Of a DNA stretch of 51,821 nt, positions 1 to 9,531 are shown piece after piece. How positions within the stretch are numbered: the first letter of the stretch is position 1; the number at the start of each line of letters is the position of its first letter. This DNA is from an uncultured Candidatus Saccharibacteria bacterium (GTDB taxonomy: Bacteria > Patescibacteriota > Minisyncoccia > Phycocordibacterales > SW-6-46-9). The position numbers and the translations under genes are program-made. The DNA is taken from contig CAYVKO010000003.1 in assembly GCA_964452185.1 (NCBI GenBank), forward strand, positions 1-51,821, given 5' to 3'. The notes beneath the pieces are model-generated. The model did not search any database and was not told where the DNA came from. It saw nothing but the letters and a program-made list of their open reading frames with translations.

Positions 1-40
1 AAACCCCACACATTCGCTGTGGGGTTTTCTTTTATCTTAC
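1..40. terminator. GC-rich hairpin plus T-tract at window edge (intrinsic terminator, possibly bidirectional)
   Basis: 10-bp inverted repeat aaaccccaca (1-10) / tgtggggttt (18-27) with a 7-nt loop, followed by ttcttttatctt. Lies about 90 bp downstream of the minus-strand MMPL ORF. Confidence 0.6.
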
Positions 41-115
41 TTTTGCAAAAACTTGTTCTGTAATAATTATATAACTTATTATATAATACTTTTTACTCCT
101 CTGACAGGTAATTTT

Positions 116-1831
116 TTAAGTTTTTACTTTGGAAAGAATAAGGGGTAACAGTAGCAAAACACTAGCAAAAGCGAATGTAATCATGACGGCTCCAAGTATT
201 CCGTAAGTTGCAAACATCGGCATCGGTGCTGTAGCTAGAATAAGAAATCCAACGGTGCTGGAGATAAAGGCAGTAAGGCTGGCACGCATGGTTGTATCAG
301 CCACCTCTAATAGAGCCTCTCGTGCATTATCCGCTTGCTTCCTTTTCTGGCGAAAGCTTTGAACGATATGGATGGCGTAGTCGATTCCGACTCCAAAGGA
401 GACTGCCGCTATCGTGACTGTGACGAAGTTTAATTTAAAACCGGCAACCCCCATTAACCCATACGTCCATAATGTTACGAATACAATTGGTGTTATCGTG
501 ATCAGGGCATACTTCAACGATCTAAATGCTCCCAATAACATTATGAGTACCAACAAAGCTGCCACCATGAAGGTTTTGGTGAGTGAGTTAGTTACTGCAT
601 TTAGGCTAGCCTCACGCGTGAATGGTGATCCGGTTACTCCATAATCATTTGCTAATTCTTTAAGAGGCTGTAAATCTTCCAGAATGGCCTTACGAGATTG
701 TGTAACTGTAGTTAGATTTCGAGTACCAGACACCTCAACAACAAGGAGTGCCGCTCGAGAATTACTGCCAGGTAGTTCAGTAGTACGCCAGCCACCTAAG
801 GGTAGTACCAGATCGTTAGAGTCAGGTATGTGTGCTAAGTATTGGTTATTTTGCAGATTGCCCATTGTCTGATCAAGCGCCTGGCGAGCTTGCTGTGTAT
901 TTAGATTGCCTGTTACAAATATTGAAGCCCGTTCGCCGCGAATACCTTCCCAGTTAGCATCACGGACGTTTAAGCTTTTAACAAAGTCAGAATCGGAGGA
1001 TATAAAATCTTGCGGCGTTACTCCGCGCTGAATGCGAAAAATCCCCAGTATGGAGACTGTTGTGGCAACTAGCAGTATTCCGACTACCAGAGCCTTATGA
1101 TTAAGCATGTTGTCTACAACTTCCTTCAGAGACCACTCGACACCACTTGATGTACTACGAGGTTTCCACTCATCCCATATTGACAAAAGTAGTGGGGCAA
1201 AAATACCCATTACAATAAAGGAAGCACACGCAGCAAATATACCGGTTAAAGCAAATGACTGTACAGCCTCAACCGGTGAGACGTAGTTTGCCCCGAAAGC
1301 GATTGCATTACTTATACCTGCCAAAAGTAACGCAATACTTACTCCCCTAACTGCGGTAGTTAAGTAACTAATACTATCGTTATCTCCAGTGTCTTTTTTG
1401 GTTTGCTTCACATGTTCATACTCGGTGGTAGCGTAAATGAAAAAGTCAATACCTATTGCCATAAAAGCAAGCGGTAGAATAACTTGTATCATTAAAGAGG
1501 TTTTAATAACACTGCCGGCCAGGACTGGAAATCCTAGTATCCATACAAATAAAGTTGCAAGCCCGCTTAGAGCCACTGCTCCCACTCTCCAGGATTTAAG
1601 CATGGCTCCAGTTAAGGCTGCTAGCGCAAGAATAAGCAACATGTTCCTGATCAAGACACCGGCGGAAAAACCTTCATCTTCAGCTTCGAGATTTAAGTCA
1701 ATCCCGATACCGAGCAGTTTTGCATTTGAGTTGTCGAGGAATAATTGATTTTGTACCTGCCTGTTGAATTTTTCTTTATTTACTATCTCGGGTGTGCTAC
1801 CTATGGTGCGTCGAAAAACACCACCGCCCAA
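116..1831 (-). CDS. MMPL/RND-superfamily membrane transporter, C-terminal three quarters (TM2-TM12)
   Basis: 571-aa ORF with two blocks of about 5-6 hydrophobic helices separated by a ~200-aa soluble loop. The layout is SSD-like (GIDFFIY..., GVGIDYAIH). Only a TTG start is available, and the ORF is in frame with the upstream 1859..2407 ORF. Confidence 0.8.
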   Translation of the reverse strand: MGGGVFRRTIGSTPEIVNKEKFNRQVQNQLFLDNSNAKLLGIGIDLNLEAEDEGFSAGVLIRNMLLILALAALTGAMLKSWRVGAVALSGLATLFVWILGFPVLAGSVIKTSLMIQVILPLAFMAIGIDFFIYATTEYEHVKQTKKDTGDNDSISYLTTAVRGVSIALLLAGISNAIAFGANYVSPVEAVQSFALTGIFAACASFIVMGIFAPLLLSIWDEWKPRSTSSGVEWSLKEVVDNMLNHKALVVGILLVATTVSILGIFRIQRGVTPQDFISSDSDFVKSLNVRDANWEGIRGERASIFVTGNLNTQQARQALDQTMGNLQNNQYLAHIPDSNDLVLPLGGWRTTELPGSNSRAALLVVEVSGTRNLTTVTQSRKAILEDLQPLKELANDYGVTGSPFTREASLNAVTNSLTKTFMVAALLVLIMLLGAFRSLKYALITITPIVFVTLWTYGLMGVAGFKLNFVTVTIAAVSFGVGIDYAIHIVQSFRQKRKQADNAREALLEVADTTMRASLTAFISSTVGFLILATAPMPMFATYGILGAVMITFAFASVLLLLPLILSKVKT

Positions 1832-1858
1832 CTTTTCATTATCAGCTTGTACAAAAAA

Positions 1859-2407
1859 TTAAAAAGCCGGAGCGTGCCATTTACCACTTTTTTGAGTCAG
1901 CTTTTGCGAGGTTAGAAGGCGTAAATAATTTCCGTAGCGAGGGTGTGTAAGGGCTTGGTCAAGAGCAGATCGAAAAGTTGAGCTACTGGCAGTGACAAGC
2001 GACTCGTCTTGGCGCTGTAGAATTTCACTGACAGCATCAGCTAATGTGAAGAAGCCTTTATATGTAGTTTCGCCAAAATCCGGGTGACGAAAATTTACTA
2101 AATATTGATTGCCAAGATCAGAATTTCTTAATTTATTGCTTTGATTGAGAAGGTTTAATAAAACTGACTGTGTGAGGACATTTGAACCGTCAGGGCTATA
2201 GATTTCATACCGAACTGTATGTACGTCTTGAGGAAATAATTTATCGGCGCGCTGTTGTAACTGATATGCTTCACCCTGAACGTCAAGTGAGGCTTGTGGC
2301 TGTGGGGACGCAAATCCTTTATAAGCATGGTAGCCAAAGAAGATAGTAGCGAGCATTATGACACTTACAAAAACCTGTCGATATTTCTTTTTGGTCAAAA
2401 AGTTCAT
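1859..2407 (-). CDS. N-terminal fragment of the same MMPL/RND transporter (TM1 plus start of first extracytoplasmic loop)
   Basis: 182 aa with an N-terminal helix (VFVSVIMLATIFFGYHAY) followed by a soluble domain. It ends at TAA (1859-1861), and 9 sense codons later the 116..1831 ORF continues in the same frame. Confidence 0.6.
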   Translation of the reverse strand: MNFLTKKKYRQVFVSVIMLATIFFGYHAYKGFASPQPQASLDVQGEAYQLQQRADKLFPQDVHTVRYEIYSPDGSNVLTQSVLLNLLNQSNKLRNSDLGNQYLVNFRHPDFGETTYKGFFTLADAVSEILQRQDESLVTASSSTFRSALDQALTHPRYGNYLRLLTSQKLTQKSGKWHAPAF

Positions 2408-2445
2408 AGTCTTGAGCTGGGTAAGATCAGTAAGTTAAACCACTG

Positions 2446-4074
2446 CTATTCTTTCACGGCATCTATCTCAACATGGAATGTTGACCCCTCTCCCTTTCCT
2501 GGTGAAGTAGCCCATATCTTGCCACCGTGAGCTTCTATAATCTGTTTGGCGATGTAGAGACCAAGACCAGACCCGATAACGTTCACTTCGTCTGCTTCAT
2601 CCGCTCGAGAGAACTGCTCGAAGATAGCCTCTCTGTCTTCCGGCTCAAGGCCGATTCCGGTGTCTTCCACTTCTATCTTTACTTCACCGTCACGCCGCAG
2701 AAGCTGGATGGTGATACCTCCTTCCTGTGTATACTTGATAGCATTGTCCACGAGGTTGGTTATGACTTGCTTGAACTTCCCGACGTCCACTCGTGCCGGA
2801 TACGAGTCATGCGAGTCGGTGGTAAGGTTAAGCGAGAGTCCTTCTTGCTCGACTGTGGCTTCTACTTCTTCTACCACCTCTTTTGCAATCTCTTCTATGT
2901 CCGTCTTTTTGAAATTGTAATCCATTCGCCCGTCTTCAATGCGAGATATGTTGAGAAAGTCATCAACGATGCGAGCCAGGTTTGTACTTGATTTGAGAAT
3001 ACGGCTGAGAGGTTCTTTGAGCTTTTCGGGAACTTCTCCATATGAACCGTCGTTTATCAGTGATGCATAGCCTTTAATAGACGTAAGTGGTGACCGGAAC
3101 TGGTGACTGGCAATACTCAGCATCTTTGACTTTTGTTTGTCCATAAATTTAAGTTCTTTGTTGGCTTCTTCTAAATCATCTGCTAGTTTTTGAATTTCCT
3201 TTCGTGCGTTTACTTCTTTGATAACACTTCTAATCAAGAATATTCCAGCAACACTTACAAAAAGCAGTATTGAACCACGTATTATATAGTCATTTAGTCC
3301 TTCAGAGATTAAAAACTGGATAAGAATAATAACCCACAGAACAAAAACAAATAATTCCGTAGCTATTATTTTTATGTTGAATAAGCGATGCTTAATTATA
3401 GCCAAAGTAGTAGAGAGCAGAAATGCAGTTGTAAATAACGGGCCAAAATATGAAATTGTGTAATTAGAGATAATTAGCGGAAGTATCAAACTTGATAGAG
3501 TAGCTAACAAAGTGGTTACCGCTAAGCCTATGAAGAAGTATAATATTTGTTTCCTGATTAATTTATCATCCTCTTGGAGCAACTTTTGGAATAAAAGAAA
3601 AAGGGCATATCCCACGTAAGTAAGAAAGTATAAGAGGTAGATATAAACAAGTCCTCCCCACTGGCTTATGGAAACTATCTGCTTATTTAGTAAATTATTT
3701 TGTTTTAAGCTGATATCAGCTACTACCAGGTCGGTGACTAAAGATAATAAGGCGATTCCTATTGTGGTAGCTCCCAGCAGTAATTTTTTGCCATACTTAA
3801 TTTCAACTTGTGTCTGTTTAGGAAAGACAAAAGAAAACCTCAACATGAAATACGGCATGAAGGCAGCAAAAAAGAACGATGCTCTAGCTTGAAGCAAGGC
3901 AAGATCATGAGATTGCCAATAACCCGACAAATATATACTGAGTGCCCACAGAATTACTGAGGTTATCAGTAACGCAAAATATTTTTTAATTGTACCCTTT
4001 TCTCCATTAAGCACCACTAAAGTCGCCAGAACAAAGTTGAATACAAGAGGAAAAGCGAAAATAAGTGTATACAT
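2446..4074 (-). CDS. Sensor histidine kinase with ~9-TM N-terminal sensor domain
   Basis: About 290 aa of consecutive hydrophobic helices, then a coiled coil. H-box SIASHQFRSPLTSIKGY. HATPase N/G boxes (NLVDNAIKYT, DTGIGL, GSGLGLYIAK). Confidence 0.9.
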   Translation of the reverse strand: MYTLIFAFPLVFNFVLATLVVLNGEKGTIKKYFALLITSVILWALSIYLSGYWQSHDLALLQARASFFFAAFMPYFMLRFSFVFPKQTQVEIKYGKKLLLGATTIGIALLSLVTDLVVADISLKQNNLLNKQIVSISQWGGLVYIYLLYFLTYVGYALFLLFQKLLQEDDKLIRKQILYFFIGLAVTTLLATLSSLILPLIISNYTISYFGPLFTTAFLLSTTLAIIKHRLFNIKIIATELFVFVLWVIILIQFLISEGLNDYIIRGSILLFVSVAGIFLIRSVIKEVNARKEIQKLADDLEEANKELKFMDKQKSKMLSIASHQFRSPLTSIKGYASLINDGSYGEVPEKLKEPLSRILKSSTNLARIVDDFLNISRIEDGRMDYNFKKTDIEEIAKEVVEEVEATVEQEGLSLNLTTDSHDSYPARVDVGKFKQVITNLVDNAIKYTQEGGITIQLLRRDGEVKIEVEDTGIGLEPEDREAIFEQFSRADEADEVNVIGSGLGLYIAKQIIEAHGGKIWATSPGKGEGSTFHVEIDAVKE

Positions 4075-4077
4075 AGG

Positions 4078-4707
4078 CTATTTGCTAGTCATTTTGTTTA
4101 GTAGATGCTCTACTTTAAATTGCAACGGCACAACCTCCACCCCTAATGACGTAGTTGGAGGACCGATCGGGGATATATCAATACCTCTTTTCTGAGCTGC
4201 CTTTAAAAGATTTTTGTCGAGAGCTGCAATAATATAATTTATATCATTATCTTGACAAAATTGTAGACATGAGCGGATGAGTTGCAAAGAAACTAAAGAA
4301 TTACGCTTATCAGGCATCACACATAATCGCGATATTTCAGCGATATGTTCTGAACTTACTTCTTCAGGTAATATTGTATCACCAAAGATGGTTACAGCTC
4401 TAAACTCCTTGGATTCAGATAAAATGAGACGAACTGTACCTATAGATTTTTTGTTTTCTTTTGCCAAAAAGTGAATTGAATTTTTATCATATTTATCGAC
4501 GTCAATAGCATCTTCTCTATCTTTATTGATTATGTTTAGTTCTTTAGCATAAACACGCCATCGAATTTTTTGACACTTTCTTATTTCAGCCTCTGAACTA
4601 GCTATCTTAATTTTAATGTTCGATTTGTTGATTTTGTATTGAAGTAAAGGAAATCGGATGAAGTTAGGAAGGTGCCAAATGATTTTTTTAAACAAGAAAT
4701 GTATCAT
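4078..4707 (-). CDS. GNAT-fold N-acyltransferase of the FeeM/OlsB/LuxI-like (N-acyl amino acid synthase) type
   Basis: 209 aa. The pattern A..E....Q.IR..VYA.EL......D.D.YD..S.HFLA......IGTVRL followed by AEISRLCV..D.R matches, from memory, the Acetyltransf_5-type N-acyl amino acid synthases. Stop codon lies 3 nt from the kinase ATG. Confidence 0.55.
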   Translation of the reverse strand: MIHFLFKKIIWHLPNFIRFPLLQYKINKSNIKIKIASSEAEIRKCQKIRWRVYAKELNIINKDREDAIDVDKYDKNSIHFLAKENKKSIGTVRLILSESKEFRAVTIFGDTILPEEVSSEHIAEISRLCVMPDKRNSLVSLQLIRSCLQFCQDNDINYIIAALDKNLLKAAQKRGIDISPIGPPTTSLGVEVVPLQFKVEHLLNKMTSK

Positions 4708-4720
4708 GCAATTCTATAAA

Positions 4721-5431
4721 TTATTTTGTTGCAGAAACCAGCAAACTCTGATCTTCATATACTGACTTTTCATCATGAATTTCTCTAAATCCTACTTCTT
4801 GCAATAATTCCTTTTTCTCTCCTTTCTCAAAAAAATAAAAATCTTTTTCCTTTTTGATAAGGTGATTGTAGTAAATAATTTTTATCGTTGGAGCTATTAT
4901 TTTTAATACTTTCAGTACTGTAGCAGTGAACCCCTCTTGCTTATACAACTTATGAATTCCTCCTAGATATATTTTAATTGCACTCCATCCTTTCTGCGGA
5001 TTTACCAACACTATTTTTCCTTTTGGTTTTAATATTCTGTAAAGCTCTCCAAGCGCCTTTTTGTGTTTTTGGGGTGGAATGCTGTACAACACATTTATGC
5101 ATACAATCTTATCAAAGTACTCTTTTTTAAATGGGAGACGATTCGTTAAATCGGCTTGTTTTACGTTTGCATCTGGTTGCTTGGTTTTATGCATTTTTAT
5201 ACCTGCAAGGGTAGAATCAACTCCATAAACTTCCAAGTCTTTTGTATCTCTTAATTTTTTTTCTATCTGTACCATTAAATTTCCAGTTCCAGATCCTGCA
5301 TCAAGTACTCTATCTCCAGGTTGAATATCTATTTCTTCCACGGCTTTGTTGAGCATCTCTTTATAAGGAATCAGTTCATTCAGTACGTCGTAAACTTCAA
5401 AATATTTTTTCCAGAATTTTTGATTAAGCAT
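4721..5431 (-). CDS. Class I SAM-dependent methyltransferase
   Basis: Motif I VLDAGSGTGNL, acidic motif II VYGVDS, FDKIVCINVLYSI, and post-III LKPKGKIVLV. Confidence 0.85.
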   Translation of the reverse strand: MLNQKFWKKYFEVYDVLNELIPYKEMLNKAVEEIDIQPGDRVLDAGSGTGNLMVQIEKKLRDTKDLEVYGVDSTLAGIKMHKTKQPDANVKQADLTNRLPFKKEYFDKIVCINVLYSIPPQKHKKALGELYRILKPKGKIVLVNPQKGWSAIKIYLGGIHKLYKQEGFTATVLKVLKIIAPTIKIIYYNHLIKKEKDFYFFEKGEKKELLQEVGFREIHDEKSVYEDQSLLVSATK

Positions 5432-5511
5432 AATTATTCTACACTTTCTTTAAGGGGGTAATTGTACAGTCTTATTTACTCACACTTTATCACGATCATT
5501 AATGGAAAATT

Positions 5512-6174
5512 CTACTTTTCTCTATATTTCCGGGCTATCTTTTTAGCTACCTTCTTGCAACTCTCGGGCTTAGAAATATTTTCATGAGAGTCGGGTAATT
5601 CATTGACTTCCACTGGCTTTTTAAAGACCACTCCCATACTGCGTCTTCGTAGTAAGAAATCAGTAAAGGTCATGCCCTTAATACCTTCAATGCGAACAGG
5701 AATTACGGGTTTTTGGGTTGTTCCAGCCAGATAACCCACTCCCCCCTTCGCTTTCTCTCCGCCAACTTTTCCTTCGGGGAAAATGAGTACGCTATGCCCA
5801 TCTTCTGCTATTTCTATCTGATTTTTGAGGGATTTTTCATAGTTTCGAAGTCCTGAATATGCTGGATATGCTCCCATGAACTTAAAGAAGTTTCCGCCAT
5901 AGAACTTCCCTCGCAATCCTTTATCTTTGTAGAATTCCTTTGTGCGAGAAACAGGAAAAATCGGCGAAAAATATGTGGTTAGCGGTATAGCAGCCGGAAG
6001 AAAGAATCCGTCAAGTTCATTTATGTGATTGCTGGCTAAAATAAAGTTACCTTCAACCTCTTTAATATTCTCTAACCCTTTAACCTCTAGACGGCAAAAG
6101 AATTTTAAAAGTGTATACACAATCGGACGCATTACTGTCTGAAATAAGTATGGCCAGATTGCGTAAAAGTTCAT
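5512..6174 (-). CDS. PlsC-family lysophospholipid/lyso-lipid O-acyltransferase
   Basis: HX4D motif (SNHINELDG), FPEGK motif and VIPVRIEG motif, with an N-terminal hydrophobic anchor. Confidence 0.85.
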   Translation of the reverse strand: MNFYAIWPYLFQTVMRPIVYTLLKFFCRLEVKGLENIKEVEGNFILASNHINELDGFFLPAAIPLTTYFSPIFPVSRTKEFYKDKGLRGKFYGGNFFKFMGAYPAYSGLRNYEKSLKNQIEIAEDGHSVLIFPEGKVGGEKAKGGVGYLAGTTQKPVIPVRIEGIKGMTFTDFLLRRRSMGVVFKKPVEVNELPDSHENISKPESCKKVAKKIARKYREK

Positions 6175-6314
6175 ATAAAAATAGGATTACTACTAATATC
6201 ACTACCTTCTGCTAGTATGTAAACAGTACATTACAAATTTATATTGTCAACTATGCCTTCAAGCGCCTCATAAAGCACCATTTTTATTATAACCCCTTTA
6301 GGAATGTGGTATTT

Positions 6315-6353
6315 AAATAATAAAATTCCGCAACTTGCTTAGTTGCAGAATTT
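6315..6353 (-). terminator. Intrinsic terminator downstream of dnaJ
   Basis: Minus strand reads AAATTCTGCAACT-AAGCA-AGTTGCGGAATTT (6 bp, one C.A mismatch, then 6 bp stem), followed by TATTATTT. Confidence 0.6.
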
Positions 6354-6380
6354 AACTATAACAAATTTACTTTTAAATCT

Positions 6381-7469
6381 TTACATACCTTCCTCTTGCA
6401 GCTCTTCTAGGAGTTCTATTTGTTTCTTATTAAGGTTTTCGGGGATATCGATATTTATCTTTACAAGCAGGTCTCCGCGGTTGCCGCGCCTGTCGGGGAT
6501 ACCGCGCTCTTCTACTCGCAGTTGCTCGCCGTCAGTAATGCCGGCTGGTATCTTTAGAGTGATCTTGGAGCCGTCAAGGGTTTCTAAAGTTCGCTCGCTG
6601 CCTAATGCTGCTTCGGACATCTTGATATCGAGGTTTCTGATTAGGTCACTCCCACTCTTTTCAAACTTCTCATTGCCAGAAACATGCAGCTTCACATATA
6701 AATCACCGGCCGCTCCACCCGGTGCCTTTTGCCCTTTGTTGGGGACGCGTACCATTTCTCCGTCCGATACGCCGGCCGGTATCTTTATCTCAATCGTTTC
6801 GGATTCATTGGCTACTCCGCTACCGCCACAGCGTGAGCACGGGTTCTCGGGGATTTCTCCGGTACCGAAGCACTTCTTGCAGACTTGTTGGGTCTTAACG
6901 CGGCCTAGCATCGTCTGTTGGATACTTTCGACCTGTCCGGCACCGTCACACCGTGGACACTCTTTTAGATCGCCGTCAGTGGTTCGCTCTCCGTTACACT
7001 TAGAGCATTCAGTCTTTCGGCTTAATGAAATCTCTTTTTCGACTCCGAAAACAGACTCCTTGAAAGTTAATTCAGCATCAACCTGGACGTCCTTGCCTGT
7101 CTGTTGCTTTTTTTGTTTTGTTCTACCTGCTCCTCCGCCAAAGACTTGAGAGAATATATCGCCCATGTCGAAACCTTGGGCGCCGCCAAAGCCACCGCCT
7201 CGAGCACCGCCAAACTGCGAGAAGCCTTCAAAACCTCCTCGACCGCCTGTGCCAGCTTGGTCGTACTGCGCACCAAACTTGTCATACTTGGCGCGTTTTT
7301 CTTTGTCTGATAGAACACTGTACGCTTCACTTATCTTCTTGAACTTCTCTTCGTCCCCATCCGATTTGTCCGGATGGTGTTCGTGAGCCTTCTTGCGATA
7401 GGCTTTTTTTATTTCTTCCTGGCTGGCATCTTTATCTACGCCAAGAATGCTGTAGTAGTCTGTTGACAT
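6381..7469 (-). CDS. dnaJ: Chaperone DnaJ (type I)
   Basis: J domain with HPD (YYSILGV...HEHHPDK), a G/F-rich linker, and four CxxCxGxG zinc-finger repeats. Confidence 0.97.
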   Translation of the reverse strand: MSTDYYSILGVDKDASQEEIKKAYRKKAHEHHPDKSDGDEEKFKKISEAYSVLSDKEKRAKYDKFGAQYDQAGTGGRGGFEGFSQFGGARGGGFGGAQGFDMGDIFSQVFGGGAGRTKQKKQQTGKDVQVDAELTFKESVFGVEKEISLSRKTECSKCNGERTTDGDLKECPRCDGAGQVESIQQTMLGRVKTQQVCKKCFGTGEIPENPCSRCGGSGVANESETIEIKIPAGVSDGEMVRVPNKGQKAPGGAAGDLYVKLHVSGNEKFEKSGSDLIRNLDIKMSEAALGSERTLETLDGSKITLKIPAGITDGEQLRVEERGIPDRRGNRGDLLVKINIDIPENLNKKQIELLEELQEEGM

Positions 7470-7563
7470 AAGGGTCTAGTGCGGGTTACAAGCTAGAAGT
7501 TTAACTTCCTGCGAAGCTTGTGAATGTGCGGAGTTTTGGATTGTTCAAAGATAGCCAGACTTT

Positions 7564-9486
7564 TTAGGACTCGTCGCTTTCTTCTTCGTCCTCATCATCT
7601 GCCTCCTCTTTTTCGACCTCTGCGTCACGTACGTCGTCGCCGTCTCCGCCTCCTTGTGCTTCGGCTGTATCACCTTCTGTTTGAGCTTTTTGTTCCACCG
7701 CTTCGCCAATTTGCTGCATAGACTTGGATAGGTCTTCGATAGCGTCTTCCAAGGTGTCTATGTCATCTTCCTCCTTTGCGTCTTCTACCGTCTGAATGCT
7801 TTCTTCTATATCCGTAACGATATCATCTGACAGTGCTTCTTTGTTTTCTTCCATAGCCTCTTCAGCAGTGTGGATGATTTGGTCAGCTTGGTTTCGTTTA
7901 TTGGCAAGTTCTTTTTTGCGTTCGTCTTCCTCTGCGTGTTCTTCGGCTTCCTTTCTCATTTCCTCGATTTCCTCTTCCGTAAGATCGGATGTTGCTTCAA
8001 TTCTAATTGATTGCTCCTTGCCGGTGTTTTCGTCTTTGGCGCTGACGTTGAGGATTCCATCGGCGTCAATATCGAATTCTACGTTTATTTTCGGTTTTCC
8101 GCGTGCAGCTGGTGGGATACCGTCAAGAATGAATCGCCCAAGAGACTTGTTGTCTTTCGCCATGGCGCGCTCTCCCTGGAGCACATTAATCTCAACGGAA
8201 GTCTGGTTGTCTCGAGCGGTAGAGAACACCTTCGAGCGACTTGTCGGGATAGTAGTGTTGGCTTCAATTAGCTCAGTGAACACACCACCTTCTGTTTCGA
8301 TACCCAAGGATAGTGGAGTCACATCCAAAAGCAGGACATCCTGTACATCGTCCTGGAAGATTCCGGCTTGTACAGCAGCGCCGTGTGCGACTACCTCGTC
8401 CGGGTTAATAGTTTTGTTTGGCTCTTTCTCAAAGAATTCTTCTACTCGTTCGCTGATCTTCGGCATACGAGTCTGACCACCAACAAGGACAACTTCATCG
8501 ATGTCTTCCTTTTCAAATGGAGATTCGCCGAGTGCGTCCTCGGTGATGTCGAGTGCTCTGTCGATGTACTCTTCAGCGAGTTGTTCGAGCTTAGCACGAG
8601 TAAGATTCAAGAGTAAGTGTTGTGGCCCGTCTTCGTTGGATGTAATGAACGGGATGTTTATCTCAGTTTCGGTTGTTGTTGACAGTTCAATCTTTGCTTT
8701 CTCAGCTGCCTCATCAAGACGCTGAAGTGCAAGACGATCATCAGAGATATCAATACCGGAGTCTTTCTCAAACTCCTCGATGATCCAGTCGATAATTTCC
8801 TGGTCAATGTCCTTACCACCCATGTGTGAGTCACCGTCAGTAGACTGTACCTCCACAACGCCGTCACCGACCTCTAGTACGGAGATGTCAAAGGTTCCGC
8901 CCCCGAAGTCGAATACGACTATGTTTTGGTCTTCCTTGTCTTTAAAGCCGTATGCAAGCGCTGCTGCTGTCGGCTCGTTAATGATACGCTCTACTTCAAG
9001 ACCGGCAATCTTCCCGGCGTCTTTGGTTGCTTTACGCTGTGAGTCGTTGAAGTATGCCGGAACAGTAATAACAGCTTTCTCGATATCTTCTCCAACCTTA
9101 TCTTCTGCATCTCTTTTAATCTTGGAGAGAATCATGGCTGAAATCTCCTCCGGTCGGTACTTATCATCACCCATAGTAACTTCAACACCACCGTTGTCTG
9201 ATTCGGATACTTCATACGGAACAATATCCTTTTCTTTCTGAACCGTTTCTTCATCAAAGTCGTGCCCCATCAGCCGCTTGATACCAAAGATAGTGTTTTC
9301 CGGGTTGGTTACTGCCTGCCGTTTGGCCGGTTCACCAACAAGGCGTTCATCATTCTTGGACATTGCCACAATAGAAGGGGTTGTCCGATCTCCTTCGGCG
9401 TTTTCTAAAATTCTTGGTTCACCGCTCTCAAAAACAGCGAAAGCGGAGTTTGTTGTTCCTAAGTCTATACCTAGAATCTTACTCAT
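7564..9486 (-). CDS. dnaK: Chaperone DnaK (Hsp70) with acidic C-terminal tail
   Basis: [52 protein letters not shown]. The C-terminus ends in a D/E-rich tail. Confidence 0.98.
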   Translation of the reverse strand: MSKILGIDLGTTNSAFAVFESGEPRILENAEGDRTTPSIVAMSKNDERLVGEPAKRQAVTNPENTIFGIKRLMGHDFDEETVQKEKDIVPYEVSESDNGGVEVTMGDDKYRPEEISAMILSKIKRDAEDKVGEDIEKAVITVPAYFNDSQRKATKDAGKIAGLEVERIINEPTAAALAYGFKDKEDQNIVVFDFGGGTFDISVLEVGDGVVEVQSTDGDSHMGGKDIDQEIIDWIIEEFEKDSGIDISDDRLALQRLDEAAEKAKIELSTTTETEINIPFITSNEDGPQHLLLNLTRAKLEQLAEEYIDRALDITEDALGESPFEKEDIDEVVLVGGQTRMPKISERVEEFFEKEPNKTINPDEVVAHGAAVQAGIFQDDVQDVLLLDVTPLSLGIETEGGVFTELIEANTTIPTSRSKVFSTARDNQTSVEINVLQGERAMAKDNKSLGRFILDGIPPAARGKPKINVEFDIDADGILNVSAKDENTGKEQSIRIEATSDLTEEEIEEMRKEAEEHAEEDERKKELANKRNQADQIIHTAEEAMEENKEALSDDIVTDIEESIQTVEDAKEEDDIDTLEDAIEDLSKSMQQIGEAVEQKAQTEGDTAEAQGGGDGDDVRDAEVEKEEADDEDEEESDES

Positions 9487-9531
9487 AATTAGTTGATGTG
9501 TTAATAAAACTTTATAATATTATTTACTAAA

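Noticed and set aside
6343-7149. 268-aa plus-strand ORF
   Set aside because: It is entirely antisense to dnaJ, which has unambiguous J-domain and zinc-finger motifs. Its translation is Ser/Pro/Arg-rich low complexity, typical of the reverse frame of a G/E/K-rich gene.
7497-7509. 13-nt palindrome GAAGTT-T-AACTTC between dnaK and dnaJ, considered as an operator
   Set aside because: It is short and isolated with no second copy in the window, so it is compatible with chance. I could assign no known repressor motif such as CIRCE or HAIR.
7796-8476. 226-aa plus-strand ORF, with several shorter ORFs on both strands across 7524-9496
   Set aside because: It is antisense to or out of frame with dnaK. 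The sequences are Ser-rich with no motifs, and dnaK accounts for the region.
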